This document shows, one piece after another, positions 26,701 to 40,349 of a DNA stretch of 64,000 nucleotides. The position numbers and the translations under genes are program-made. The notes beneath the pieces were generated by a model, which was not told the origin of the DNA, ran no database searches, and saw only the letters and a list, made by a program, of their open reading frames with translations. This DNA is from Lingula anatina (Eukaryota; Animalia; Brachiopoda), in assembly GCA_051362555.1 (NCBI GenBank), contig JBPQGU010000016.1, positions 620,001 to 684,000 on the forward strand, read 5' to 3'. The first letter of the stretch is position 1, and each line of letters opens with the position of its first letter.

Positions 26701-27949
26701 AGGGCGAACTAGAAGTCCCTTATAACTGAAAATGGGCTACAATATTATAATAAATATAAATATTTCTAAGGATGCGGAAAAACAAGAACTGTTAGAAATT
26801 GGAAACAGTACAGTCACGGTAAAAGATGAGGTTAAAAACCTTGGAGTAATTTTTGATATGGCTGCCGACATCAGTAAAAAATGCAAAGTCGCCTTCTATA
26901 GTCTTAAAAAAATTTCCAAACTATCCTATATCCTTGATAAAAGTCAAATGGAGAGGCTTGTTCATGCCTTTATAACTTCACATCTTGACTACGGAAACAG
27001 TCTACTGTATGGTCTTCCTACCTACCAAATTGAAAAATTGCAATCTGTCCAAACTACAACTACATTGGCTTCCTGTACGACAGAGAATTGTTTTTAAAGT
27101 ACTGTTGTTTGTTTTTAAATTCACCAGAGGTGAATGCCCCTCAAATTTTAACTCCATGCTACATCCAAGTACACCCAGTCTCACCAGGTCTACCAGATCC
27201 ACCTCTACTCTTTGTTTTATCAGATAATAAAAAAACAACCAAAATCTACGGCCACAGGGCATTTTCATTTTCAGCACCCATTTTATGGAATCATCTACCC
27301 TCACACATTCGGACTATTGATAGTGTTGAGGTTTTTAAAAATATATAGAATATACTTTAATGAATATACAATAAAAAAGACTTAAAACATTCTTATTTGC
27401 ACAGTATTTTAATTAGTATATTCTCATTTTACCAGAAAAATAGTTTTATTGTTCAGACCATTACTATTTTAACCAGCTTTTATTATTTTAATTGTTTTTT
27501 ACCTTAGCTTTTATTATATATATATTTAGTTGTAATCCTGATAATTTTACCTGTAAACAGCACTAAGACGGTAGTGTAGTGCGGTTTTAAGAAATAAATA
27601 TTATTATTATTATATTACAACAGGCATTCTTCCTATAAATGGACCACTTTTCGGAATGGCTGAATAAGCAGGGACAAACACAAGAATGCATTTCATGCTC
27701 AATTTTTTTTATTTAACTGTGTGTTAGACATGAATTCAGTTAATGCGATTGGCACATTGGCTATTTTTTCACAAATTTGTCTTTATAAATTTCAGCCATC
27801 TCATGCGCCAGCAGTACGACTGCCGTAATCGTGTTCGTGCTGGGACCTACGGAGACGGAGGTTGGGAAGTGTGTATGGATCCACCGTTTGCAATCAAACC
27901 TGGCTCTTGCCTTGTGTATTCTTTTGGGTAGGAATAAATGGAACCATAT

Positions 27950-28006
<57 letters not shown>

Positions 28007-29895
28007 CAATGACGAAAGAAGAGATAGTAGAGAGAGATTTGCATTAAATGAATAGATAAAATGTTTTCTTATCAGAATTCGATTATTATCGCTAAATCAT
28101 TGAAAGATTTGTGACATCTGTTGGTGTAAGTTGTATATTGCACTTCCTAATGGTGTAAACGGACAGCTAATCTTGAAAAATGTTGTGAAATTATAACATT
28201 TATTTGCAGATTTTGCAGATATGCAGATTTAATGCAAATATGCATCTGTACTAAACTTGTCTTTTTCAATGAAGATAGCAAGAAAATGGTTTTCAAGAAC
28301 GAAATGAAAAGAAAAGAAAACCTTTCTATAAATGCACATCTTTCTTCTTGTCATCACGCTAATGCTTTCGAATCAGTTGCGTTTAGGTACTTAACAGTCG
28401 GTGGTGCGTTTACAATCCATGTTAAACTTTGGCGTGAAACTGCATACAAGATAACACAAGATTGCAGAAGAAATGAAAACGTTTCCTTGTCATCTAGCGG
28501 CAGACCCCCAGAGATGAATTTCTGAAGTATATTCTATATATTATTAACTAAATGAGTTATTGTGATTAGTATTATATGTTTATTATAAATATTTTGTATG
28601 TTTTGCATACAGATTGGGAAATGAATGGTCCTTCGACAGATATATGTCAAAGAGCTGCACAGTGTATGGGTTTGATCCAAGGTCAGTAATACCATTTAAA
28701 TAATAATAATAATAATAATAATAATAAGTATTATTATTGTTTCCTTTTTCAGTTTGGTCTATTTCATTTTCTTAAAATACTGATGGACATGTAAATACCA
28801 GAATGATGATAAAAGTCATAATTGTATTGTAATTCATTTTATCCTTTTTAACTTAGTCTGAAACCCTCACAAAGAGAGATGCCAGATCCTAATGTAGTTA
28901 AAAAACATTATGACTTTTGTTACAATATCAGTGTTTTTGTTAAAAGTATATTTATACTTTCAGCATCGGCCTAAAGCATGAGTCACAGGAGGTGCAAATG
29001 AATATGTGGTTTTACAACATTGGACTCTTTCGTGAAAACAGAGTTGTCAAGTGGAAGAATGGACAACAATGGGCCCTCAGAACTCTTGGGACAGTAAGGC
29101 AGATGCTGAAACATACAAATGTAATAAACATTCCTTCCTTTATTGGTCTGTTTAAAGGCAAATTAACAGCAAGAATAGAAATTCTGTAACTAAATGGAAT
29201 TACCTGAAAATTCCAACATTTTTTCGAAATGCACAGCGGCATGTTCTCGGTAATCTAGCAATTAAATTAAATTAAATTAAATTAGTCTTGAATATGTATT
29301 ATAAGGTAATTTTCAAAGGAGAAATAGATGTTAATTATAATGGTGATGTTGATTTCTTGTAAAGAGCATTATATTATGCACAATTCAGTGCATTCAACAG
29401 TTGTATACATTTTATACTGTTCTTAGAATGCATAAGTAATTTAATTTGTTTATATTTGTACACTATAAATTAAAAAATATTTTAAAAAATACTACATGTA
29501 TAGTGCAAATAGAAAATTGAATAAATGATAAATAAATAATCCCCTTAAATGTCACATTCAGTCAACCTCGCTTGACATTAGTTAATTTCTCATTTCAGGC
29601 AACAATAGACTACCTCAAAATGGATGTGGAGGAATCTGAGTGGGACGCCCTAAAGACTGCCTTAAAGGAAGATTCTTTAAAAAATGTTAAACAATTAGCC
29701 ATGGAACTTCATATTTGGAACTTCTCGAAATATATAACACCGAAGCATGTATATGTATTGAGGAAACTAGAAGAACTTGGCTTTAAGATATTTTTCACCG
29801 AAAGAAATGGGTCTTCGAGAATTAAATCCAAATATACTGGAAGAGTGCTGACGTGGGCCAATAATGTATGTTTTGTCAATAAGAATTATCTTTAG
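23775..29895 (+). CDS. METTL24-like type II membrane methyltransferase, paralog 2, with a long SQG-repeat stem
   Basis: Exons 23775-24482 (MKFHGPCF...VVLLMFLWIIQGSQLFF-(SQGxx)n-SQS|gtaag), 25686-25906, 27796-27927, 28613-28681, 28964-29120, 29599-29895. Intron positions match paralog 1 and the catalytic exons are near-identical. Confidence 0.9.
23895..24479 (+). repeat. Coding 15-bp minisatellite, about 39 units, encoding SQG[ST][NT]
   Basis: Units such as tctcaaggctccaac and tctcaaggctctaca; in frame with no stops; absent from paralog 1. Confidence 0.93.
26780..27615 (+). mobile_element. 5'-truncated L2-clade (CR1 group) LINE remnant
   Basis: Frameshifted RT C-terminal motifs VKNLGVIFD, LVHAFITSHLDYGNSLLYGLP, LHWLPVRQRIVFKVL and RAFSFSAPILWNHLP; ends in aataaa followed by (tat)n. 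Confidence 0.85.
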
Positions 29896-29932
29896 GACTG
29901 ATTTGCATAAGGGGATTTAATCAAGAAATTTA

Positions 29933-30035
29933 GTAACTCGAAAACATCACGCATTGAGGCCGAGCGCAAGCGTCTCGATTTCATAACTCGCTCCATATAA
30001 AACATTATAGCCTCAATGTGATGCTTTAGAGTTAC
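29933..30035. repeat. ~100-bp inverted repeat just after the paralog 2 stop
   Basis: gtaactcgaaaacatcacgcattgaggc pairs with gcctcaatgtgatgctttagagttac. Confidence 0.6.
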
Positions 30036-32211
30036 GGCTGTTATTGATTGTGCCAGTTGTCCGATTGCAGTGGGCGACAGTATTATAATGGGATAGATTT
30101 AAACTACGCCCGTTGCATTTGTCTCGACTGAGTGTTAAATATTCACGGGATGCCAGAAAGAGGCGGAGCTAATGGCACATGAGCGGCAGGACAGATACAG
30201 AAAACGCAACTGAAATTATTAATTAGGTGGATGGTGACACGGATCAATACCAAAATCTAGTCGCTTTTAAATTAGCTCATTTGTGACATACCCTGAAATT
30301 TTCATCAAAATCCATGCATATTTTTTCATTACGCTGGTGACATACAGCCAACCAAAAAGCTGCATTCTATCATTCTATCATACCAAAATGGCCACCAAAT
30401 AGTGCTATTTATCCAAAGTAATAACGTCAGCAAAATAAAACAATGATTCCATCTATTTTCACCATAGGCACTGTGACGTCTTTAATAGCCTGATAAGTGT
30501 TGTTAGTTCCTTCAAATTTTGAAACAGATGGGCAGCCACAGAAAAGATGGTTTTCAAACCAAATCCTTTATTTATGTGTGAATTGAGAGGAGTCTCTGAG
30601 GCTAGTTTGCTGTCGGCAATTTCATGATTTCTTCAATTACAACAGAATAAGTTGTTAGTTGAAAATGTCATTTTATTGACATTTGCACTTTGCTTAATAT
30701 ACAAAGTACGAATTCAAAATACATATAGTTACATAATATTATATGAATGATACTCATGTATGGTAAATCATTTACAAATTTCAGATAAAATTTTAGCAAA
30801 AAGTTTTAGCAAAGATGGAGGGAAAAAGGGCCACAAATGGCAGTGATTTTTTAAAAAGAAGTTTCACGTTCTCAACGGCCTAGGCTGAGAGCGAGCTACG
30901 CAACCCCTACCTTTTTAGGACGGGGACGTAAGTTTCCTCATTGCTCTGACAGCCAAATCATAAGAGTTATCTCTCTTGACCTTTGCACTGCCACATGTGC
31001 CCTGCATAGTACATTTACCTAACTATTGCTTTAAAGTAATATATCTCACATGTATGACAAATATTAATAAACAAATGATATCTAGATAATCTTTAATGAC
31101 TAATAAATGTGCCAAACGAGTTATAGCTAACTATCATAAATACAACCATGTTACATTTAACCAATGCTCAAATCTGTTTCATTTGGGGGGGGGGGGGGGG
31201 GGGGGGGCAGGGTTGGGTTTGAATAACTTTTCCAAAATTCACCTTAAAAATTTCTTTCCTGAATAATGCACTACTGAATGCTGTGAATTTTACTGGACAA
31301 GTGAGGGAGAGCATTAACTTTCTCCTGAGTAACTGAACTCATATGCCTCTGATTGGCTGGTCTTACAGAGGCAAAGTGGCACTGTCTAATTAGGTTGCAC
31401 CCCCTTATCCTGTCTCACAAGTGCCGCTTGAAAGTAATTAAGTCTAAGTGTGAAAACACAGAGGAGACATCCTGACTGAAATTAAGGAAGAAACATCTGG
31501 AGCGTGATTTAAAAGAGCCAAGCTCCCTGGGAAACTTGTCTAACACTGATAATCTCATCCCACATAAATCCTTTTATTGTGCCCAACAAATTATATTCCT
31601 TGCTTCATCTCCAAGCTATTTTACAATGCCCCCCCCCCCCAAAAAAAAAAAATAAATAAAAATTGAAACTATTTGTCTAAAAACAAATTGTAAGAAGAGA
31701 ATGGTCACAAACTAGTGACAGTGCAATTCCACACTAACAGTGACGAACGCAGTTTATGTGATACAGGTATTCCTATAATTCTTACTTGTCCATTCTTGTC
31801 TCTGTCTAATATATAGTTAAGTGAAAGATATTTGTAAGAAATGCATTAAAAGTAACCATTTTTTATTGTACCTTCCTTTGATTTAATAATAATGATAGTA
31901 TAAAATATCATCATTACTATAATCATTATTACTAATTTTATGGCGCATTCTAAATTTGTTATACACACTTCAAGGTTTTTAAAAAAGCTCTACATAATTT
32001 ACTACCCTATTTTTTTAAAGTGTGCAAAACTAAATTGTACAAACTAACTTAAAGATTAACTTATATGTAAGTATTGAATATAAACATTAAATATATTTTT
32101 TCAAGCTCAACGTTTCCCCATCACTTTGTAGTTCAGGCTAACCCTAACCTGGACTAATCATGACTTACTGAGCTAACGGATAATTATCTTTGAATAATGC
32201 ATTTTGTGTTT

Positions 32212-32597
32212 TCAAAGACAAAAAACGCCAGCGTCTTCGTGGTGACCACAGTTATGGGTTCCCCAATCGCTGTGATTACAGGATCCAATGTTGGGTTCTG
32301 ATCCTGTGCAGTGGACATCGTCCAACCATATGTATCCTTTACCTTGTCCAAAATACGCACTTTGTAGGCTAAGTGCTCTGAAATAGGGAAGACTTAAGGA
32401 CTTGCAGAAAACTTTGGCATCATTGTTACCCCAGTTGTCATCGCAAACTGTTCCCCAACTTCCATTATGATACACTTCGACTCTTCCAGCGTGTCCGCCA
32501 TTGAAACTTAGACCGACAAGACGGTATGTGGAACCGTTCACAAAGACTGGAATGTTAAGATAAAGGCTGTGGATAAAGGAAGCATTTCAATGTGATC

Positions 32598-32687
<90 letters not shown>

Positions 32688-32952
32688 TGAGAAAGAGAGA
32701 GAGAGAGAGAGGGCGACTGGCGTATTCACTGATTTCTAGAATTCCGAAAATTGAACAGGACGATATAAATGTATAAAATTGGAAAAGGGAACTGTGATAA
32801 TTAAACGTAACAGACAAAATAGGGTTCTCCAGCTTTAACACCATTTTAATATGCTAATGATACTTGATATAACTTGAATCAACTTATAATTCTTTCCCAC
32901 AAATACAAGCAAGCACACCCGCACACAAACACTAAAATCTGGGAACGGTGGG

Positions 32953-32983
<31 letters not shown>

Positions 32984-34819
32984 AGGTTTGTTCAATGTGA
33001 TATTTGTTATAAAGGCACAGAGAGAACGTTTAACCCCTACCTTGGCAGTTAGTCCCATAGTACCCAGCAGAACATAAACACCCATAAGAATTCACCATGT
33101 CAACACACGTCCCACCATTCTGACAAGGACGACTGGAACATTCACTGATTTCTAAAATACCCAAAATTAAATGACACGATATAAAGTGGATAAAACTGGA
33201 GAAGTGGATAACACTGGAAAAGGGAATAATTGGAAAAGAGAATAATATTGTATCTAACAAAATATGTATCTCTAACTGTAATACAATTTTCATGTGTTAA
33301 TGATATTTGTTATAACTGCAATCATATTCGTTCACAAACATTAAAACTAGGGAACTCGTGGACGTAAAACACACACACACTGGTTTGTTAAATGTAATAT
33401 TTAATATAAGTTAAGGTACAGGAAGAACATTAAACCCCTACCTTGGCAGTTTGTCCCGTAGTACCCGACAGAACACAGACACCGATAAGAATTCACCATG
33501 TCAACACACGTCCCACCGTTCTGACAAGGACGGCTGGAGCATTTATAGATTTCTAGAATGTCAAATTCAAGATAGAATAAAATTCGTTTACAAATATATT
33601 CTATTATCATTATTACAAATTAATGAAAATTTAAAAATAACTTGGTTAAACGGAAAACAAGTAAATTGCCAACAGACAGTATGCCGGTGTGAAAGGAAAA
33701 CATGTCCTATGGACATGCATTACGGCGGACATCCATTCCCTTCACACCGGCTATATAACTTTAATGATTTGATGCTTTCAAAATGTAAACATCCAAAATA
33801 TAAATAAATAAACTTAAAACATAATTTTCTGTTTACTTACCCTTCAAACCATTTTTTGCTGAGATCAAATGCTCTAAATGCTGAGTAAGTTGGTCACTAT
33901 ACCCCACTCGTGCAAACACGAGCGACAGAACAACAATTACCAGTGCAACACACAGTAACCCTACCAAGACCAACGCTGTGAGTAAGCCCTTATTAACTTT
34001 AGTCTTTGGTGGCTGTGTAATCCTTTCATTTTGATCAACGGCATTTTCGATGGGATGATGAATTATTAAGCTCTGGTAATCATTTGGTGTCTCCGCTGGA
34101 GTAAGTTCCACCTGTGATGTCGTGCCTGGCCTGTATGTTGCATTTTCATACGCTGTGTTTTTATTAAGACGGGTGGTACTTGCCATGATACCTAGAAGTA
34201 TTTTTTTCATATTTAATTACATATCAATTTGAATATTTAAAACGGTGGGGATTTCATTCAAAGATGCTCATGTCTGAAAAAAAAAGTCATTTTAAAATAG
34301 AAACCCGATGCACCTATTTTCAAATGAATTTATCACACATGACTGATATTCCCCTAGTATACTTACTCATAATTTCATTACTATATATATTTAATGTTAA
34401 GCATAATTTTTAAAATAAAGCAGGATGCAGACCTTTTTTAATCTGCCATGACTTTTCTCCAAACCTTTGCTGGAACATTTAAATGCATAGGTAGATTATT
34501 TGTAGTAGTATCCAGGTGTTATTTATAACGTTTAAATCAATGATAAATTAATAACGTTTACATTAAACTACTGAAACAGAAATGACAGAGAAAAAATACA
34601 CGGAGGCATTTACAGGGGCAACAACTTCCTTTACATATTTGATGAAATCATTAAAAAAGATAACATTGAATCCAATACATTTATTCTCAAATAGTTTGTC
34701 ACATAAGACAAACATTTCTGCATGCATTCTCGCTGAAATTTTATTACTATAGCTTAAATGCTAATCACGTCTCCATAATAAAGCTAAGGTCCTGAGTGCA
34801 TACCTTTTTTGTCTGCCAT
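32212..34819 (-). CDS. Type II membrane EGF-SRCR receptor, copy A (tail-TM-2 EGF-SRCR)
   Basis: Start micro-exon 34819-34804 (ATG GCA GAC AAA AAA G|gtatgc); tail and TM exon 34191-33841 (AYENATY...DYQSL...[31 protein letters not shown]); EGF 33552-33442 and 33151-33041; SRCR 32546-32212 ([17 protein letters not shown], 6 Cys, stop). All introns are phase 1. Confidence 0.85.
32712..32735 (-). pseudogene. Broken third EGF exon of copy A
   Basis: ttctag|aaatcagtgaatacgccagtcgccc encodes EISEYASRP (C to Y) and is then cut off by a microsatellite. Its upstream intron resembles that of the 33151 exon. Confidence 0.7.
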
Positions 34820-35269
34820 GTTAACTTTCTTCTTAAGTCAGTGTTGGAATAATAATAGACTTGCATTTACTATTTTTCATGTATAAATATAACTTGTAGC
34901 CATAGGTTTTATTAATAACGGTCACATGGCTGACATAATCTGCCAAAACAGAGAAAGGGCATAAAAATATATATCTACTACTGGTTTCACGACTACAAAT
35001 TGGCGTCAACATAATTAAATTGTAAATCAAAATTGGTGCACAATGCAACAAGATGAAATAAAAAAAATCATCCTTCAAAAGTCCATGCAAAACTAAACTA
35101 TCCAAAACCTATTTCAGTTACTTATTTTTCTAACTAGTACGTTCATTAAAATCGATTTTGGAACTGTATATTTCACCTAGCTTATATATAATTATGAAAT
35201 ACTAAATATATGTATGTAAAATAATGGTGCATTTCTATATATTTGATTTTGGTGATATTCAACTATGTG

Positions 35270-35306
<37 letters not shown>

Positions 35307-35788
35307 GTTCCTATTACTTTATCTCTGTACATTTTCACCAGCTCAGTCTGGAGCAGAAAGTATGAATAAAGCATATATTTCATCTCTCACTCTGTGTTCA
35401 TAAAAACGATTTTTGAACTGTATGTTTCACATCTCACTTAAAAACTCATTCTTCTTCCTGGTTGATGAAACGAGCACAGCACGTTATATGAAAAAAGATT
35501 CATTGCAATTCACAGCAACCTAATTTATTTTTGATGACTCCATACTTCTTACATAAAAAACCGAGTGCTGCAGAACAGAGTTATAGATCCTTTGAAATGA
35601 TTTCGCTAAAATATATGTAACTGCCAGCATTTACATTGCATATTTAAAATCGGCAACTACATCAAAATATTTTCAACTTTAAAAATGTAAATGATTGCAC
35701 AAAGTGGAAATAGAGATGATCATCTTTACGAAATGTATAAAAAAAAAACTAGTATACAAAACACACCAGAGATTCTTATTATACTTAC

Positions 35789-35930
35789 CAGTGCATTAAT
35801 CAAAAAGTCTTTTTTCAAACTGTATGCCGTGCACGTATTGTTGACAACAAAGCGGTGCTTCTCACATTGAAAGTCACCAAACTTTACTTCCTGGTTGATG
35901 AAACGAGCACTGCACGTGATATGAAAATAC
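35789..35930 (-). promoter_or_regulatory. Putative non-coding first exon and promoter of copy A, with an ETS-like site
   Basis: Donor cactg|gtaagt at 35789; ttgttgacaa and acttcctggtt (CAGGAAGT on the - strand). Homologous blocks lie upstream of copy B (47810-47940) and copy C (56202-56310). Confidence 0.5.
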
Positions 35931-36949
35931 AGGAATATTAAATCACGTTCGTCTCACTTAACTAACAGCATATCTTTTGTAGCACACAGCCCATTCCGGA
36001 AAGTCATAAAGAGGCTTCCTTCATTTAAGTATTGCTTGAGATTAATTAGACCTGAGACGTGCCATGGAAGTTCGAAATAATTGGAAACTCTGCCTTACCG
36101 GAAGAATATCTGTAAGATTGCACTGCATTCTGTTACTGTTGCCCACTTAATGTATTTTATTTTTATTTGTAAATATCAACCCACTTCCCAAGCGCTTGTG
36201 TTAGTTGAGCCGCATATACCACTACAGCAATCCAAATAAAGAAGAGTGCAATAAAGCTCCGATAGCCATTTTTCATTCTAGCTTATCATGAAAATTGTAA
36301 GGAATTGAAATAAATTAATAAATAATGCGAAATAGAAAGGGTGATGGTCGATTGTTTTGTGGGTGAATATTTATTTAACATGAAAATAACGTGAGGCTTA
36401 ACTATTCACCTTTTACACTTTCATCGTCTCAATTATGTTACTTGCGTCAAATACATTGATGTACGCTCGAAAATTTGTCACCTTCTTGTTTAGTTTAAAA
36501 GAGTAAAAAACAATTTATGAATGCCTCATTTCAGTCGGTCATAAAAAAAACATCAAAGTCGGTTCACTACTTTTTAAACAATTTTATAATGTCAACATTT
36601 TTCTGAAATATTCAATACTTTCTCTTAACAACGTAGGGGCATTTTAAGAAAAATCGCAGTAACTGAAATAACATTTTAATAAAAATAAACTGTTATGTCC
36701 CGTTGCGTGATACAGAAAATCCCACAAAAATTAAGTTGTGATATAATTTATGTACATGTTAAGCTGGTCTTCAAACCTGTAGATAATTTATTCGTTTGAC
36801 ATGACCAAATTTCAATAAATACAAAATAAAAATATCAACTGTTATTCATCAGAAAGCAATATGGTGCCAAACTTTTGTCTCTCTCTGCATTTGGTTCACT
36901 CAGCTGAGATAGATGACGGATTTTAAACAGTTTGTTATGAGATGCATCT

Positions 36950-37375
36950 TCAATAGCAAATAACACCAGCATCTTCACTGTGCCTGCAATTATGATTCCC
37001 CCAACCGTTGTGAGAACATGATGCAATGTTGGATTCTGATCCTGTGCAGTGGACATCGTCCAACCAAATAGTTCCATTACCTTGTCCAAAATACGCACTC
37101 GGTTTGCCAATTGCGTTGGAATAGGGAAGACGTAAGGACCTGCAGAAAACTTTAGCATCATTATTATCCCAGCTGTCATCGCAAACTGTTCCCCATCTTC
37201 CATTATGGTACACTTCAACTATACCACTGTACTTTCCATTGGCAATTGTTCCAAAAAGACGATACAGGGAACGGTACAGCAAATCTGAAATGTTCAATGA
37301 AAACATGTTTAAAGAGTGAGTATTTCAGTGATGATCCACTAATGCACGTGCACGCAAACGTGAGTGCATGTGCAC

Positions 37376-37411
<36 letters not shown>

Positions 37412-38938
37412 AAAGAGAGTTATTTTTCATGATATGATCGAAATATAGTTTTAAAATTTTGCACAGATTATCATTTAACCATTTAGAAATTCATTCATAA
37501 TCCCCTCAAATTCGTTTAACGTCAGCATTATGTATCATTTTACCCACACTCTGACGAAACGGATGAAATCAATAAATGTATTCCAAGGAGCTGCCCGAAC
37601 CTGATTCACAATTCCTGCCGGTATACCTAGAAAGGCAGCTGCAAGAATACGTAAATGTTTGACTTCTACACGTGGCGCCATTTTGGCAGGGCTGGTTGTG
37701 ACATTGGTCTCTAACTGTAACAAAAATGACGACACACAGAAAATGTTGAACAATCTTGTGTCATTGGAAATGCATCAATGTCATTAACGGGATGACATTT
37801 AAAGATATTTACGATTCGTCTTTCACCCCCGAGTTCACCAAACTTAGTGTGGGCGTTGTCAAATACACATACTATTGCCAAAATGTATACGCAGCTAGAT
37901 ATACTATACGTAATAACATTCATGTAGAATATTGGGTATAGGACAACCTATTTGAAGTCAAAAAATGTTCAGGGAGAATTTTAAACACTTACCTTGGCAG
38001 TTTGTCCCGTAGTACCCGGCAGAACACAAACATTGATAAGAATTCACCATGTCAACACACGTCCCACCATTCTGACAAAGATGGCTGGAACATTCACTGA
38101 TTTCTAAAAAAAAAAAAAAAAAGAGTATATTAATAAAACATTATTTCATTTTAAAAGCAAAACATCTTATAAATACCGCAGAAAATGTGTACTGACTGTT
38201 AATTTTAGAATTTAATGTTAGAGATTTCAAAAATTAAAAATTTCACTTGGTATTTAAGTTTTCTTTGCAATGACCTGTATACCACCCTTTTACTGGCTAA
38301 AGTAACATACCAAGTTGACATCATTTGCCAGTAAAACCAGGAAGGCAATCGCAGTCAAAACTGCCATGATTATTTCTACAGGTGGCGCCCCTGGCACATG
38401 GGTTGTTCATGCATTCGTTGATGTCCACAAAAGAAACAAAATATATTTGTACCTTTCTTTTTCCATTGATTTTCTTATTGCAGTTCTTTGTACTTATCCC
38501 AGTCGTTATTATAGCAAATATATAATATTCACTATATTCTGCACAAACAGATTGCGTTACAAAGTTATAGAAAAGAAAGAAGCCATTATATTAACTTCTG
38601 ATGGACCCAAAGTAATGAAAAGACTTTCATTGGTCTACCAGGTCATTCAAATTACACAAACTTATGGTTTGGTACCTACCGTTGCCACACCATGTCCCTT
38701 GGTAACCGGAAGAACAAGAACATCGGAACGAGGCCACCGAGTTCTCACACTTGGCACCATTTTTGCAAGGGTTGCTTATGCAGTGATTGGTAGCTGGAAT
38801 AAATAAACATGTATGTGGCCACACTGTATAAAATTTCATGCCTACGTTTCGGGCTGATATCTTATTTTTAGTCATCCTTTTTTTTTTGGGGGGGGGGGGT
38901 TCACATTGAGTGGATTGGCAAATTTTATGTTTTTTTCA

Positions 38939-38999
<61 letters not shown>

Positions 39000-39964
39000 T
39001 GCAGAGATACCAGTACAATATAATACCTAGAGTCTTCTTTCGTTTAATTACTATTTGGCCCACTGTTTGCTGAAACCAAACCTAAAAATCATGGGTGAGT
39101 TGCTCACTTTTTTCCTTTTGGGTATGCACAAGTAACCATACAACAGTAGCAACCAGTGCAGCGCATATGATTCCCACTAACACCAATGCTATTTGTAGCC
39201 GTCTATTGACTTTTGTCTTTGGTGGCTGTGTTATCCTGATATTGGGATCATTGTCATTGTTGGTTGGACGAGGCATTCTTAAACTCTGGTAAACACTTGG
39301 TGTCTCCTCTGGAGCAAGATCAACCTCGACGTTTCATATGTTGCGTTAATATAAGCGGCGCTTTGGCTTTGAGGGGTGGTAAATAACCCGATTCCTAGAA
39401 ATGATTTAACCATAATCCCATTACTGAACTAGTGACATACGCCGTAACTCTTTAAGGAGTAGATTTTTCATCCATCATCAGCTAATATTAAAATAGTTTT
39501 CCTCCAACAGTTCGATGTCTATCAAGAACATCTTCATCAGGGAAATAGCCTCTGTCCCCCCACCCTTACTGCCCTAAAAGGCAGGTATGGGCCAGTGGAG
39601 ATGGCTTCATTACTTTCAACATTAGCCGTTGAGTGAAGAAAAAATACGACCGTCCCTATAACATAACACAGCTGATGAAAATATTCTAGTTGTGACGGAA
39701 CATAGAGTGTTTTTATTATTCCACATAAAATCATCTTAAAGTCCGTTTCAAATCGAATTAAAGTTGTTAAAATGGGAAGCCAAAATATATTTTTAAAGAG
39801 CATATAAAATATGCATTCCTCACAGGATCACATTGTTGCAAATATACTCAGTCAGTCAACATAATTTTATAGCTTAAATATCTTTTTTTTTAATCAACTC
39901 CAATTTACTCAAATTCGTGATATGAAGTGTAAGTTCTTGGATGCATACCTGTTCTGTCTGCCAT
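36950..39964 (-). pseudogene. EGF-SRCR receptor copy B, apparently disabled
   Basis: Micro-exon 39964-39949 (MADRT); tail/TM exon from 39394 with frameshifts near 39328 and 39085; EGF 38793-38680; EGF 38424-38311 with acceptor AG>GG and an in-frame TGA (38321-38323); EGF 38103-37993 and 37714-37601; intact SRCR 37284-36950. Confidence 0.75.
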
Positions 39965-40349
39965 GTTAAAATTCTTCGACGTTGAAGAGCTGTGCTGAAA
40001 CAATAAAATGATGTAGAGTCACATCTGGCAAAATCGCCGCATTTTTGAAACGAAAAAAAATTAAAAACAGCATTTTGCATATACGACACAATTCACATTA
40101 TCTTTTTCTAAATCACTACAGCGGTTTGAAAAAACATTTTATCATAGTTAACGTGCTTTAGCACTTTATTCCACATGTTGAGAATCTCTACCATTAATTG
40201 TATCATTATTACTATTATGAAATCGTTTTCAGAATTTTTGAAAAAAAAAAAAGCATTGACACAAGAATACAACATTGTCTTTATTTATTTAAAGTCATGA
40301 TTAATAATAATAATGATAACCAATTATAGTCTATAATCCATATAAAATA

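Noticed and set aside
35789-35796. ATG in the upstream leader exon as the start of receptor A
   Set aside because: It is not conserved in B (ACG) and is out of frame if spliced directly to the tail exon. The conserved phase-1 MxD[KR][KT] micro-exon fits all three copies.
38321-38323. In-frame TGA as selenocysteine or readthrough
   Set aside because: It aligns to Leu (TTA) in copy D rather than Cys, the exon's acceptor is also mutated, and no SECIS was recognised.
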